A stretch of 64,000 bases of DNA, taken from positions 13,659 through 77,658 of the forward strand of contig JBDGYW010000001.1 of NCBI GenBank assembly GCA_039588935.1. Direction: 5' to 3'. Every line of letters starts with the position of its first letter. The stretch's first letter is position 1. The notes beneath the pieces were generated by a model. The model was not told the DNA's origin. It saw only the letters and a list, made by a program, of their open reading frames with translations, and searched no databases. The position numbers and the translations under genes were made by a program. This DNA is from Gemmatimonadota bacterium (lineage in GTDB: Bacteria; Gemmatimonadota; Gemmatimonadetes; Gemmatimonadales; GWC2-71-9). Below are positions 30,086 to 37,631 of this stretch, in pieces.

Positions 30086-30114
30086 TTTGATAACAAACTA
30101 CTATTTATTATCAA
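30086..30114. promoter_or_regulatory. Palindromic double copy of the early motif TTTGATAACAAAC-TACTA-TTTATTATCAA
   Basis: 11-bp arms match at 10 of 11 positions. It reads as an early motif on both strands, overlaps the stop codon of 30101..30427, and heads the only sizeable spacer inside the leftward array. Confidence 0.7.
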
Positions 30115-30427
30115 CGTGGTGAGCGCGCGATCGCGCCGAAATCGGCTCCAGAAGCACAGCCAGGGCGCGCAGCGGCGCGTCGCGCTCCACCCAGTCGGCC
30201 GCGGCGTCCAGGCGCGCCGGCTCCTCGTACCCGTGGTTCCACATGGTCCGGATGACGGTCTCCTGCCAGCAGTCAGGCTCCGCGGCGCCGGCCTCCCAGC
30301 GGCACACCTGTCCCTGGCTGGAGTGGACCATGAGGGCGAAGAAGCGCTGCGTGGCGCCGATCCGGCCGCGGAGCAGCCGCGTGATGCGCTGGATCGTCAT
30401 CCCGCCGCGGATGCGGGTCTCGGCCAC
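30101..30427 (-). CDS. XRE-family HTH regulator (108 aa)
   Basis: ORF track. MTIQRITRLLRGRIGATQRFFALMVHSSQGQVCRWEAG. Paralog of 30841..31149 (both end ...ALAVLL.P). Confidence 0.7.
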   Translation of the reverse strand: MAETRIRGGMTIQRITRLLRGRIGATQRFFALMVHSSQGQVCRWEAGAAEPDCWQETVIRTMWNHGYEEPARLDAAADWVERDAPLRALAVLLEPISARSRAHHVDNK

Positions 30428-30430
30428 GGC

Positions 30431-30844
30431 TCAGCCCCTCCTCCGATAGAGCTTCGAGCGGCCGTCCTGGGCGTCGAGAACCTCGACGAGGCCGTGATGA
30501 GCCATCGCGGCCAGACGCCGGCTTGCCGTCGAGATATGCGTTCCGGTCGCCGCGGCGACCTCGGTCGGACATTGAGGTCCCCTCGCGAGGCAGTCGAAGA
30601 CGTCCTCCCATCCGATTGGCCACCGTGCCGCGATCGCGTGCCACCCAGCCGAGAACGCGGCGACGACGTCCAGGAGCGCGTCGCGATAGCCCTCCGCGTA
30701 CTCGCTCACCGGATCTAGAGCCACCGCGCCAGCCCGGAACGCCGCCAGCTCCTCCTGGTTACGCTTCACCATGGCATGTCCGACGTCGCGGCCCGACCGC
30801 CTTTCTCCTTCGCGAACGCGCGGGAGTGTCCTATCGAGTTTCAT
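30431..30844 (-). CDS. Winged-helix (MarR/ArsR-like) regulator (137 aa)
   Basis: ORF track 30431..31018 trimmed to ATG 30844. CPTEVAAATGTHISTASRRLAAMAHHGLVEVLDAQDGRSKLY is a typical wHTH recognition helix plus wing. Confidence 0.65.
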   Translation of the reverse strand: MKLDRTLPRVREGERRSGRDVGHAMVKRNQEELAAFRAGAVALDPVSEYAEGYRDALLDVVAAFSAGWHAIAARWPIGWEDVFDCLARGPQCPTEVAAATGTHISTASRRLAAMAHHGLVEVLDAQDGRSKLYRRRG

Positions 30845-31149
30845 CGCGGCCCCCAATTCGAGGGCGCGAGCAGCACGGCCAGGGCCGCGTGGGGCTGCCC
30901 GGAGCGGACGAGCTCCTTGGCGACCTGCATGCGGTCTGGGTAGGTGACCAGGTTGCGGCTCGCAAGTCTGAGGGCGGCCGTCTGCCACTCGTCGGGGCGG
31001 CCGACGCCACGCTCCCACTTGCTGATCGTGACCCAGTGGGCATTCAGCATGCGGCCGAGCTGGCCCTGGGTGGCCTCGAGCGCGGTTCGAAGCCTCCTGA
31101 GGCGACGCCTGTTCATCGAATCGAGGTCTGTGTTCATGGATCGGGCCAT
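30841..31149 (-). CDS. XRE-family HTH regulator (102 aa)
   Basis: ORF track 30841..31293 trimmed to ATG 31149 behind AGGAGGGGGGA. LEATQGQLGRMLNAHWVTISKWERG. Confidence 0.75.
   Translation of the reverse strand: MARSMNTDLDSMNRRRLRRLRTALEATQGQLGRMLNAHWVTISKWERGVGRPDEWQTAALRLASRNLVTYPDRMQVAKELVRSGQPHAALAVLLAPSNWGPR
30953..30965. repeat. 13-bp dyad copy TTGCGGCTCGCAA
   Basis: Inside CDS 30841..31149 (coding strand CTT GCG AGC CGC AAC). Confidence 0.55.
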
Positions 31150-31153
31150 TTGT

Positions 31154-31372
31154 TCACCGATTCCCCCTCCTGTGCAGCCGCTTGGCGCGGATGACGAGAA
31201 CGTCGACCAGGTGCTGGCGTCCTGCCTGCTGAATGTCGTCGAGCTGGCGCCCGTCGAGCAGGTAGTAAAGTAGCGGGCCGTGAAGCGTCTCATACGTTTT
31301 GTCCGAGATGAGATCGGCAGCGCTGACCGTGAGGGTGCCCTCGCTGTCAGCGTCGGCGAAGACCTTGGTCAT
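31154..31372 (-). CDS. Hypothetical protein (72 aa)
   Basis: ORF track 31154..31531 trimmed to ATG 31372 (ATGA overlap with the upstream stop). Confidence 0.55.
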   Translation of the reverse strand: MTKVFADADSEGTLTVSAADLISDKTYETLHGPLLYYLLDGRQLDDIQQAGRQHLVDVLVIRAKRLHRRGNR

Positions 31373-31617
31373 ACGCCCTCCTTTCGCGCAGCATCCCAGC
31401 CAGCGTCGTAGCCGCGGTCGTACGCCTCCTGCACGGGCGACTTGAGACCCTCGACGCTGTCCATGTAGCAGCCGACGCAGGCCGTCCTGGTCATCGGCTG
31501 CTTGATGCGTCGCCACATCGCGTGGCCGCACTCAAGAACGTGAAGGATTAGCGTTCCTCCGCGCGGGCCGCTGAAGGTGCGCGCCTCAACGACGTCTCGC
31601 ATGGGGGTCTCGCTCAC
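31369..31617 (-). CDS. Hypothetical protein (82 aa)
   Basis: ORF track 31369..31998 trimmed to GTG 31617 (GTGA overlap; ATG 31602 is an alternative). CGH...CVGC. Confidence 0.5.
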   Translation of the reverse strand: MSETPMRDVVEARTFSGPRGGTLILHVLECGHAMWRRIKQPMTRTACVGCYMDSVEGLKSPVQEAYDRGYDAGWDAARKEGV

Positions 31618-31823
31618 AGCTCCGATCCGTGCTTTTGGGCGTAGTCGTCTGCCGCCTTGCAGCACACCGGACAGAGCCAGTTCCCGCACGGCTGTCGCTC
31701 CCAGCCAATGAACTGCGCCTCGACCAGTGTGATGCCGCCCTCCTCGTTGCCGGCGACGATCGCCTGCGACCGCTTGCACTCGGCGCAGACCACGTACTCT
31801 CCTGCCTTGTCGTCCATCGTCAT
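31614..31823 (-). CDS. Zinc-ribbon protein (69 aa)
   Basis: ORF track 31614..32030 trimmed to ATG 31823 (ATGA overlap). CAEC...CPVCC. Confidence 0.6.
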   Translation of the reverse strand: MTMDDKAGEYVVCAECKRSQAIVAGNEEGGITLVEAQFIGWERQPCGNWLCPVCCKAADDYAQKHGSEL

Positions 31824-32128
31824 CTCCACAGCGCCTGGCAGTCGGGGTGGTGGAAGGTTCGCTTGCCCTCTTCCCATGCGACTTTGAGATCGCGAGCGAC
31901 CATGCCGTAGACCGCGAGCCAAAGACTGCCTTCGCCGGCATCGAGTTCTCTGCACTTGCAGTTGAACCGCGGCGCCATGAGGCTGGCCATCTTCGCAATC
32001 GTGGCGAGAAGATTCGCTCGGTTCGGACACAACTTCTTTCGACCGAACGGCTCGATAATCACGTAGCTCCCGTCGTCGTAGGCGATGATGCCATCGCAGA
32101 TTGTCGTCTCCGTGTGTTCGTCACCCAT
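31820..32128 (-). CDS. Hypothetical protein (102 aa)
   Basis: ORF track. Confidence 0.65.
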   Translation of the reverse strand: MGDEHTETTICDGIIAYDDGSYVIIEPFGRKKLCPNRANLLATIAKMASLMAPRFNCKCRELDAGEGSLWLAVYGMVARDLKVAWEEGKRTFHHPDCQALWR

Positions 32129-32549
32129 TGTGCCAACCTGCCAAGAATCGCTCCCACCAGGGCTGGTTCGACTTCGCCTCGGCCTGGTTGAGCGACGTCG
32201 TTAGACTCGCAACCATCGACCTGAGTTCCCGGATGATCTCGAGGTGCTCGTTGATCACCTCGCGGGACTCATCGAGCTCGTCGCGTAGAGCGGCTGTTGG
32301 GTCATTCACCAGCTGCTCGAACAGACGAACCAGGTCTCCCTCCGGCTGCTTGTCCTCGATCGCAACGCGGAGAGCCCACAGCTCGTAGCCATCGAGCGAC
32401 TCGACGTAGTCGATCTGCTCTTGGAAATGTCCGTTGATGACGCGCTCGATCTTGTCGATCCGCGTCCGCAGCCTGTTCTCTTGCCGCTCGAACGTTCCAA
32501 GATCCTCCTTGGCCTTCTTCAGTTCCTGCTCCAGTGCCCTCACCATCAC
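32121..32549 (-). CDS. Coiled-coil protein (142 aa)
   Basis: ORF track. MMVRALEQELKKAKEDLGTFERQENRLRTRIDKIERV. Confidence 0.7.
   Translation of the reverse strand: MMVRALEQELKKAKEDLGTFERQENRLRTRIDKIERVINGHFQEQIDYVESLDGYELWALRVAIEDKQPEGDLVRLFEQLVNDPTAALRDELDESREVINEHLEIIRELRSMVASLTTSLNQAEAKSNQPWWERFLAGWHNG
32200..32212. repeat. 13-bp dyad variant GTTAGACTCGCAA
   Basis: Inside CDS 32121..32549. Confidence 0.5.
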
Positions 32550-32845
32550 TGTCCCCCTCTCGCTTCGCGCTCTTCCGCCTCGTGAGGCAGCCCGTTCTGG
32601 TTGAGGTACTCCTCCAGCGCGTCGGCCGTGGTTTCCTTCTCGTACATGTCGAGATGGTCGCGCCCCTCGTCGTCGAGGGCCCAGCGGCCCTCTTCCACGG
32701 TCAGCTCTCCGTAGAAGTGTGTGTCCTCTTGGCCGTTCTTTCGCGACTCCTCGACGTGGACCATGTCGTCGGTGTAGTAAGTGATCGCGAAGTCAACACC
32801 ATCGGCGGTGAAGTGCCAGGTGGTCTTTCGTCGGTAGGCCGCCAT
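32546..32845 (-). CDS. Hypothetical acidic protein (99 aa)
   Basis: ORF track. ATGA overlap. Confidence 0.7.
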   Translation of the reverse strand: MAAYRRKTTWHFTADGVDFAITYYTDDMVHVEESRKNGQEDTHFYGELTVEEGRWALDDEGRDHLDMYEKETTADALEEYLNQNGLPHEAEEREARGGQ

Positions 32846-33168
32846 TACATCTTCTCCACGATCAGTTTGACGAGCTCATCCAGCGTTCCGACGAACGCCG
32901 CCTTTCTGTCCGGGCCAATGGAGGGCTCCGCGAGTAGCTGTTCGCGTAGTTTTCCAGCTGTCTTGCACAGATTCTCGTCGCTCAGTTTTCCGAAGCCAGG
33001 GTGGATCCCTTGCTGCTTGAGAGTCGCAACAATTCCGTCGTACTGGTCCTTGACGAGGCGAACCAACTCCTTTCTGGTCACCCCGTACTCGATGTAGGAA
33101 CCGATACAGGTGCCCAGCATCATTCCGACGATGTGCGGGCCGAAGTTCTTCTCGTCCGATTTGCCCAT
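32845..33168 (-). CDS. Hypothetical protein (107 aa; longer forms up to 33309 possible)
   Basis: ORF track 32845..33309. I prefer ATG 33168 behind AAGGAGATACAAG. The in-frame upstream ATGs 33240 and 33309 lack an RBS. Confidence 0.55.
   Translation of the reverse strand: MGKSDEKNFGPHIVGMMLGTCIGSYIEYGVTRKELVRLVKDQYDGIVATLKQQGIHPGFGKLSDENLCKTAGKLREQLLAEPSIGPDRKAAFVGTLDELVKLIVEKM
33017..33029. repeat. 13-bp dyad copy TTGAGAGTCGCAA
   Basis: Inside CDS 32845..33168 (coding strand GTT GCG ACT CTC AAG). Confidence 0.7.
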
Positions 33169-33269
33169 CTTGTATCTCCTTGTCGTAAATTCGTCCTCGG
33201 TCATCGGACAACGCATGCAATGGCCGGTAGCGCCGAACATGTGGTAGTCCAAACAGAGGAACTGGATCT

Positions 33270-33437
33270 TCAGTCGCGGTGAACCGTCTTGCCGATCGCC
33301 TGCTGCCATGCTCTCAGTCCTCCTTGCAGGTTGTCGCAGCAGTCGAAATCATGGCAGCGGTGGCAGTTCTGGACGCCCTGTCGCACACAGAGAAACTTCA
33401 CGACGATGGCTTCCAGAACTGCCTGCAGCCAGCTCAT
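33270..33437 (-). CDS. Small Cys/His-rich protein (55 aa)
   Basis: ORF track 33270..33605 trimmed to ATG 33437, 2 nt after the upstream stop. CVRQGVQNCHRCHDFDCC. Confidence 0.45.
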   Translation of the reverse strand: MSWLQAVLEAIVVKFLCVRQGVQNCHRCHDFDCCDNLQGGLRAWQQAIGKTVHRD

Positions 33438-33439
33438 CC

Positions 33440-33823
33440 CTAGCTCGTGATCTTCTCGAGCTTTCGCCCGTTGTTCTTGTCCTCGACGATCTTGACGCCG
33501 GGCACGAAGGTGAGCGCCTCGGCGACCTGGTCGTCTTGCTGGGTCGTGACCTGCACGATGCAGCCGACGCGCTCGATGTACATCGCCTTGGTCGACTTCA
33601 TCCACCTCTCGCGCCTCGACGAAGCCTTACAGAGCAATTGGAACATGTCGGTGTTTCCAACCGCCTTGATGTCGGGCACTTGGTCCCTCGCGTGCGCCTG
33701 GGTGCTGCTGTCGAGCGTCTTGGCGTGTTCGACGTCCTCGGCGCTCGCGAGCCGCTCGGCTTTCATGTGAGCCGCGCTGGCTTCTCGATCGTAGACTGGT
33801 TTTCCATTGTTCTCGTCACCCAT
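33440..33823 (-). CDS. Hypothetical protein (127 aa)
   Basis: ORF track 33440..33907 trimmed to ATG 33823 behind GAAAGGAACATC. Confidence 0.65.
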   Translation of the reverse strand: MGDENNGKPVYDREASAAHMKAERLASAEDVEHAKTLDSSTQAHARDQVPDIKAVGNTDMFQLLCKASSRRERWMKSTKAMYIERVGCIVQVTTQQDDQVAEALTFVPGVKIVEDKNNGRKLEKITS

Positions 33824-33845
33824 GATGTTCCTTTCGGTTGTGGTT

Positions 33846-34085
33846 CTAAACTGCGTCGTAGGTGTGGTGGCACCGCGGGCAGCACCGTCGAGTGAGGGTT
33901 GACTCATCAGGATTTGGACAGCGCTTCCTCAGTTCCCGGATCGCGCGGTCGGCCGTGTCGAGCGACATCGCGAACGGCTCCGCGCAGTCCGGCTCCTTGA
34001 CCAGCGCGCAAAAAGCTGACTCGAAGCAACGTTCCCAGAAGGCCCTTTCGGCGGGGGTTAGGCAGAGTGGCTTCCGGTCGGCCAT
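33846..34085 (-). CDS. Hypothetical Cys-rich protein (79 aa)
   Basis: ORF track. Confidence 0.6.
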   Translation of the reverse strand: MADRKPLCLTPAERAFWERCFESAFCALVKEPDCAEPFAMSLDTADRAIRELRKRCPNPDESTLTRRCCPRCHHTYDAV

Positions 34086-34288
34086 CAGCTCACTTCCTTG
34101 ATGTCAACGGTTATCGAGACCGCGACTTTGCGCGCACCCTCGCTGCAGATGCCGGGGTCGGTGAAGACAACACTCGATGGATCGAACTCGACGCCGGCAG
34201 ACTTCGCGCCGTCGATCACCTTGTCGGTTGTGTCTTCGGAGACGGGCACGTAGCCAGTGGCCCTGAATGTTCGTCGCTTGAAGCCCAT
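34085..34288 (-). CDS. Hypothetical protein (67 aa)
   Basis: ORF track. 1-nt overlaps on both sides. Confidence 0.6.
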   Translation of the reverse strand: MGFKRRTFRATGYVPVSEDTTDKVIDGAKSAGVEFDPSSVVFTDPGICSEGARKVAVSITVDIKEVS

Positions 34289-34911
34289 CAGTCTTCTCCT
34301 CGCTCCAACTCGTCCAGGTACGCATCGTCCAGGCCCTCGCCGCCGATGCTGGATTCCGACAGGAAGCTCCGCTCCTCGCCGTCCTGGAGCGAGTCGAGCT
34401 GGGAGTTATCGGGGGCATCGAGCCGCGGCCTGGGCGGTTCGCGCATCTCGCCCTGGATCTGCGGGGCCTGCGGCGCTTGCAGTGCGAGCTGGTGACCCTT
34501 CTTCTTGAGACCCTTGATCTCCTCCAGGGTCGGCAGGTCGGCCGGGTCGGGCAGCGCCAGGAGCATCTCGTCCTCCGCGCGCAGGCCCAGGCGCTGGTCT
34601 CGGGCATCGGCCGCGGCCGAGAGTTTCAGCCGCATGTCCGCGAAGTCCGGTATGTCCAGATCTTCGGCGGCCGGATGGTCGACCACGCGAGCGCCGAGGC
34701 ATTCTGGGCAGGAGGTCCCGAGTGAGCCCGCGTAGATCGAGCCGGCGCCGCCGCACTCGGGGCAGGGCATCTTCATGGTTTTCAGGTAGGCCAGACGCTC
34801 CCAGATGGTCTGCGCCTCATGCAGGGCGCGTAGCCGATCATCGACGTCGTCGAGTTCGGAAAAATCGTCCTCGTCAGGGTCCTCCCCTGGGGTTCGGTAC
34901 GGATGGTCCAT
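34288..34911 (-). CDS. Acidic protein with a DnaJ-type zinc finger (207 aa)
   Basis: ORF track 34288..35115 trimmed to ATG 34911 behind GGAGGACGA (34913-34921). CPECGGAGS...CPECLGARV. Confidence 0.7.
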   Translation of the reverse strand: MDHPYRTPGEDPDEDDFSELDDVDDRLRALHEAQTIWERLAYLKTMKMPCPECGGAGSIYAGSLGTSCPECLGARVVDHPAAEDLDIPDFADMRLKLSAAADARDQRLGLRAEDEMLLALPDPADLPTLEEIKGLKKKGHQLALQAPQAPQIQGEMREPPRPRLDAPDNSQLDSLQDGEERSFLSESSIGGEGLDDAYLDELERGED

Positions 34912-35293
34912 GTCGTCCTCCTCTCGGCCGCGGCCGGTCAGGAATGTGAGGCGGGCGAGCCCGCCAGGGAACTGTACGCGCGACAGCATCGAGCGCACGT
35001 TGAATGTCGGTAGCTCGCTTATGGCAGACATCGATGTCCTCGGCCAGGACGGCGAGCTTGCCCTGGGACGCGGTGACGGCCACGCTGTTCTCTTCGACCG
35101 TCGTCTGCATGTCAATGTCGAGTAAGTCCTTTAGAGTCGCAACTTCAGCCTCGAGCCGCCTGGCCTTAGCCTTCAGCTCTCGGATCTCACCAGTGTTGTA
35201 GCCGATCGCATAGCCGAGAAAGACCACGCCAAGCACGTACCAGATCCAGAGCGGTCGAAGATCGCGAGGCGGCCGGCCGGCCCATTCATCCAT
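34874..35293 (-). CDS. Membrane-anchored coiled-coil protein (139 aa)
   Basis: ORF track 34874..35326 trimmed to ATG 35293, which overlaps the upstream stop. TM segment LWIWYVLGVVFLGYAIGY followed by ELKAKARRLEAEVATLKDLL. Confidence 0.6.
   Translation of the reverse strand: MDEWAGRPPRDLRPLWIWYVLGVVFLGYAIGYNTGEIRELKAKARRLEAEVATLKDLLDIDMQTTVEENSVAVTASQGKLAVLAEDIDVCHKRATDIQRALDAVARTVPWRARPPHIPDRPRPRGGRHGPSVPNPRGGP
35130..35142. repeat. 13-bp dyad copy TTTAGAGTCGCAA
   Basis: Inside CDS 34874..35293 (coding strand GTT GCG ACT CTA AAG). Confidence 0.7.
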
Positions 35294-36017
35294 CGATGAG
35301 CCCCGTATTCCGCTCGTCCCAGGCATGACGGTCTAACTCTGGCAAGAGGTCGCGGACGTCGGCGTCGGTGTCGATGTCGTTCGTCCAGTCGGAAATAACG
35401 GTCATCAGCTCCTCGGCGTACTCATGCAGGGTCGATGGCTTCAGGCCAAGGAACTGCATCCAGATCCAGAGCAAATTCCGAAGATGCCCAGCCTGCCCCC
35501 TGTCGAACTGAAGTTTTCGACACTCCACTCGCATGAGCAGCTCGGCCGTCGTGTTCACGGCCGCTCCGGCCATGGTGTAGGCGAATAGCTCTCCCGTGGC
35601 TCGGTTGAGGTCGTCCGTGCCGAAGAACATAACGTCTTCGTCGCAAGATAGGATGGTGTCCATCGCCGCGCGCGAGTAGACGACATCCCCAAGAAGGAAA
35701 ATGTTCCGGTGGGCACTCCAGTGCGGGTCGGTCCCGTGCATGCCGTCAAGGATGCAGGACCCGGCGTAGCGCAGCGTGAGTAGCTCGCAGCCGTACTCCT
35801 GTTCGACTAGCGTTGAGAAATCCGGCCAGCCCACGACAGTTGGCTCCATCGTCATCGACGTGGGTGCGTCGACGGGCATGTACCAGTGCGACCTGACAAG
35901 ACCGATCGTCCTGGCGAGGATCGGCTGGCCGCCAACGCGCAGGAGCTGCTTCCGGAACTTCAAGCCGGTCATGCGGGATTGCATCCCCTGCGCCATGATG
36001 AATATTCTGGTGCTCAT
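35286..36017 (-). CDS. Nucleotidyltransferase (NTP_transferase / MobA-like fold)
   Basis: ORF track. N-terminus IFIMAQGMQSRMTGLKFRKQLLRVGGQPILARTI matches the G-x-G-x-R...K signature of sugar-nucleotidyl/cytidylyl-transferases. Confidence 0.7.
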   Translation of the reverse strand: MSTRIFIMAQGMQSRMTGLKFRKQLLRVGGQPILARTIGLVRSHWYMPVDAPTSMTMEPTVVGWPDFSTLVEQEYGCELLTLRYAGSCILDGMHGTDPHWSAHRNIFLLGDVVYSRAAMDTILSCDEDVMFFGTDDLNRATGELFAYTMAGAAVNTTAELLMRVECRKLQFDRGQAGHLRNLLWIWMQFLGLKPSTLHEYAEELMTVISDWTNDIDTDADVRDLLPELDRHAWDERNTGLIDG

Positions 36018-36322
36018 GTCTTCAGGATCACCCCTCGCAGGTCTTCCTGCTTCGGAAGGAAGCCGCGCAGCCAGCCGAAGTAGAGAATGTTGGAGTGCGC
36101 ACCGAAGCAGCGCTGGCGTAGTCTCCGCTGGGCAGTATCGAAGTCGGGGCCGCGCTCCTTACTGAACAGGCACTGGCAAGTCCCCATGTTGATTTGGGTC
36201 ATTGGGTACTCGCTGCTGATGTCGGCTCGCTTCAAGAGTCCCGTCCGGATGTCGATGTGACCGACGAGGTAGGCCGTAGCCCTATTCTTCTTCAGTCGGA
36301 GTCTCGTCCACGTCTTCCTCAT
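36014..36322 (-). CDS. Hypothetical protein (102 aa)
   Basis: ORF track 36014..36355 trimmed to ATG 36322 behind GGAGGACGA (36325-36333). Overlaps the end of the upstream gene by 41 nt. Confidence 0.5.
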   Translation of the reverse strand: MRKTWTRLRLKKNRATAYLVGHIDIRTGLLKRADISSEYPMTQINMGTCQCLFSKERGPDFDTAQRRLRQRCFGAHSNILYFGWLRGFLPKQEDLRGVILKT

Positions 36323-36575
36323 CGTCGTCCTCCCCGATCGAGAAGTCCTCGGCATCCATCTCCTTCATGGCGTTCTGCGCCTTGGAGATCGCGATCGCCG
36401 CAGTGTGGCAGAAAAGGAATGACGTATCAATCTCATCGGCGCGCACCGCCCCATCTGCGTCCTCCTCGGGATCGCAGAAGTATGACTGCACTAGCTCGAT
36501 CGAGGCCCGCGCATCCCGCAGGTTCACGTCGGCCGCCACCAGCCGCGCCATGGCTTCATCCCGTTTGGTCGTCAT
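36282..36575 (-). CDS. Hypothetical acidic protein (97 aa)
   Basis: ORF track. TGATG overlap with the upstream gene. Confidence 0.6.
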   Translation of the reverse strand: MTTKRDEAMARLVAADVNLRDARASIELVQSYFCDPEEDADGAVRADEIDTSFLFCHTAAIAISKAQNAMKEMDAEDFSIGEDDDEEDVDETPTEEE

Positions 36576-36802
36576 CAGTTTTTCCTCACTATCTCTGCCT
36601 CAAGGCCCCGTGTGGTGAGTGTGATCTTCACGTCCGCGCGCGACCCGGAGGGTAATTCGACAGTTGTGAATCGCAATTGGCAGCTGGTGCTGACCAGCTT
36701 GCCCTTCTTGAGTTGCCCGCACTGCCGCCGCCGACGCACGAAACTCCCGTCCACGCGGGACTCGATCACGTGCGTCGGCGCACCGCAGCGCGGGCAGAGC
36801 AC
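36575..36802 (-). CDS. NrdR-like zinc-ribbon protein without an ATP-cone (75 aa)
   Basis: ORF track. MLCPRCGAPTHVIESRVDGSFVRRRRQC...CQLRFTTVE parallels the NrdR N-terminus (CPxC..T.V.DSR......RRRR.C..C..RFTT.E). Confidence 0.6.
   Translation of the reverse strand: MLCPRCGAPTHVIESRVDGSFVRRRRQCGQLKKGKLVSTSCQLRFTTVELPSGSRADVKITLTTRGLEAEIVRKN
36664..36676. repeat. 13-bp dyad variant TTGTGAATCGCAA
   Basis: Inside CDS 36575..36802. Confidence 0.45.
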
Positions 36803-37159
36803 CTACTTGCCCCGGTCCTTGTTCATCTCAGCCCAGACCTCGCCGGCCTCGAACTCAGCCCGCTCCTCGTCGGTCTGGACGTGCGTGAATTCCCCCGCAT
36901 CGGCCTTGGATTTCCGCAGCCGAACCAGGACGGGTCGATCGACGGCGACGATCTGAAACCGCTTGCCACAGCCGATGTCCTCCTCGTACTCATTGCCGAA
37001 CTCGTCCTTCTTCGGGACCTTGCGCTCACAGGCGAAAACCGGCTTCTGGTTGTCAGGAATCAGCAGGTAATCGAAGGCCGTCAGGTCGTTCGGCACACCG
37101 CAGTGGGGGCACTTGGCCTTCGCCCACCGCATCCACTTGGTCCACTTCTCGGGCATCAC
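36803..37159 (-). CDS. Hypothetical zinc-ribbon protein (118 aa)
   Basis: ORF track. CPHCG...C...CGKRF. Confidence 0.65.
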   Translation of the reverse strand: MMPEKWTKWMRWAKAKCPHCGVPNDLTAFDYLLIPDNQKPVFACERKVPKKDEFGNEYEEDIGCGKRFQIVAVDRPVLVRLRKSKADAGEFTHVQTDEERAEFEAGEVWAEMNKDRGK

Positions 37160-37485
37160 TGAGGCCTTTGCGGAATGTCCCCGGGGTGTGCGAGGGTGAT
37201 GTTGCTCTGCTCCTGCTCCTTCATGATCCGCTGGACCGCGTCGGCCTCGAAGAACATGGAGACGGCCAGCAGCTGCTCCTTGGGGAGTCGCTGAGCGATT
37301 TGCTGCGGCACATCGGCCGGCGCGCTCCAGGTCAGCATCTCGTAGAGACCATCGAAGCCCTTGACCCTGCGCACAGCTCCCGCGTTGGCGCCCATGCCGG
37401 GCTGGAAGATGATCTGCATCTCGACACCATCGCCACCTCCTTCATCGAGAAGATGGTCGAGGTAGGCCTTCATGGGTGTGCTCAT
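37156..37485 (-). CDS. Hypothetical protein (109 aa)
   Basis: ORF track. ATGA overlaps on both sides. Confidence 0.65.
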   Translation of the reverse strand: MSTPMKAYLDHLLDEGGGDGVEMQIIFQPGMGANAGAVRRVKGFDGLYEMLTWSAPADVPQQIAQRLPKEQLLAVSMFFEADAVQRIMKEQEQSNITLAHPGDIPQRPQ

Positions 37486-37631
37486 TTCCGGTTCTCCTTT
37501 CGTGGCCGCAGATAGCGCTCTAGCGCTCGACAGACGATCTTGGTTCGAGTGACCCCCTCGGCCTCGGCCTTGCGGCTCAGGCTGGCCCAGAGTTTCTCAG
37601 GTATCAGGATGTGTGTGTTGTGGAGTTTCAC
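37482..37631 (-). CDS. Ribbon-helix-helix (CopG/Arc-like) protein (49 aa)
   Basis: Below the ORF-track cutoff. GTG 37631 (GTGA overlap with the GT1 stop) and stop TGA overlapping the next ATG. My translation is MKLHNTHILIPEKLWASLSRKAEAEGVTRTKIVCRALERYLRPRKENRK, a typical RHH pattern. Confidence 0.65.
   Translation of the reverse strand: MKLHNTHILIPEKLWASLSRKAEAEGVTRTKIVCRALERYLRPRKENRK

Noticed and set aside
31154-31372. Toxin-antitoxin pairs (31154..31372 with 30841..31149; RHH 37482..37631 with 37156..37485)
   Set aside because: The partner proteins show none of the toxin signatures I can recognise by eye (no RelE/ParE, PIN, MazF, HipA or Doc motifs). The genes are embedded in long co-translated arrays rather than forming stand-alone two-gene modules.
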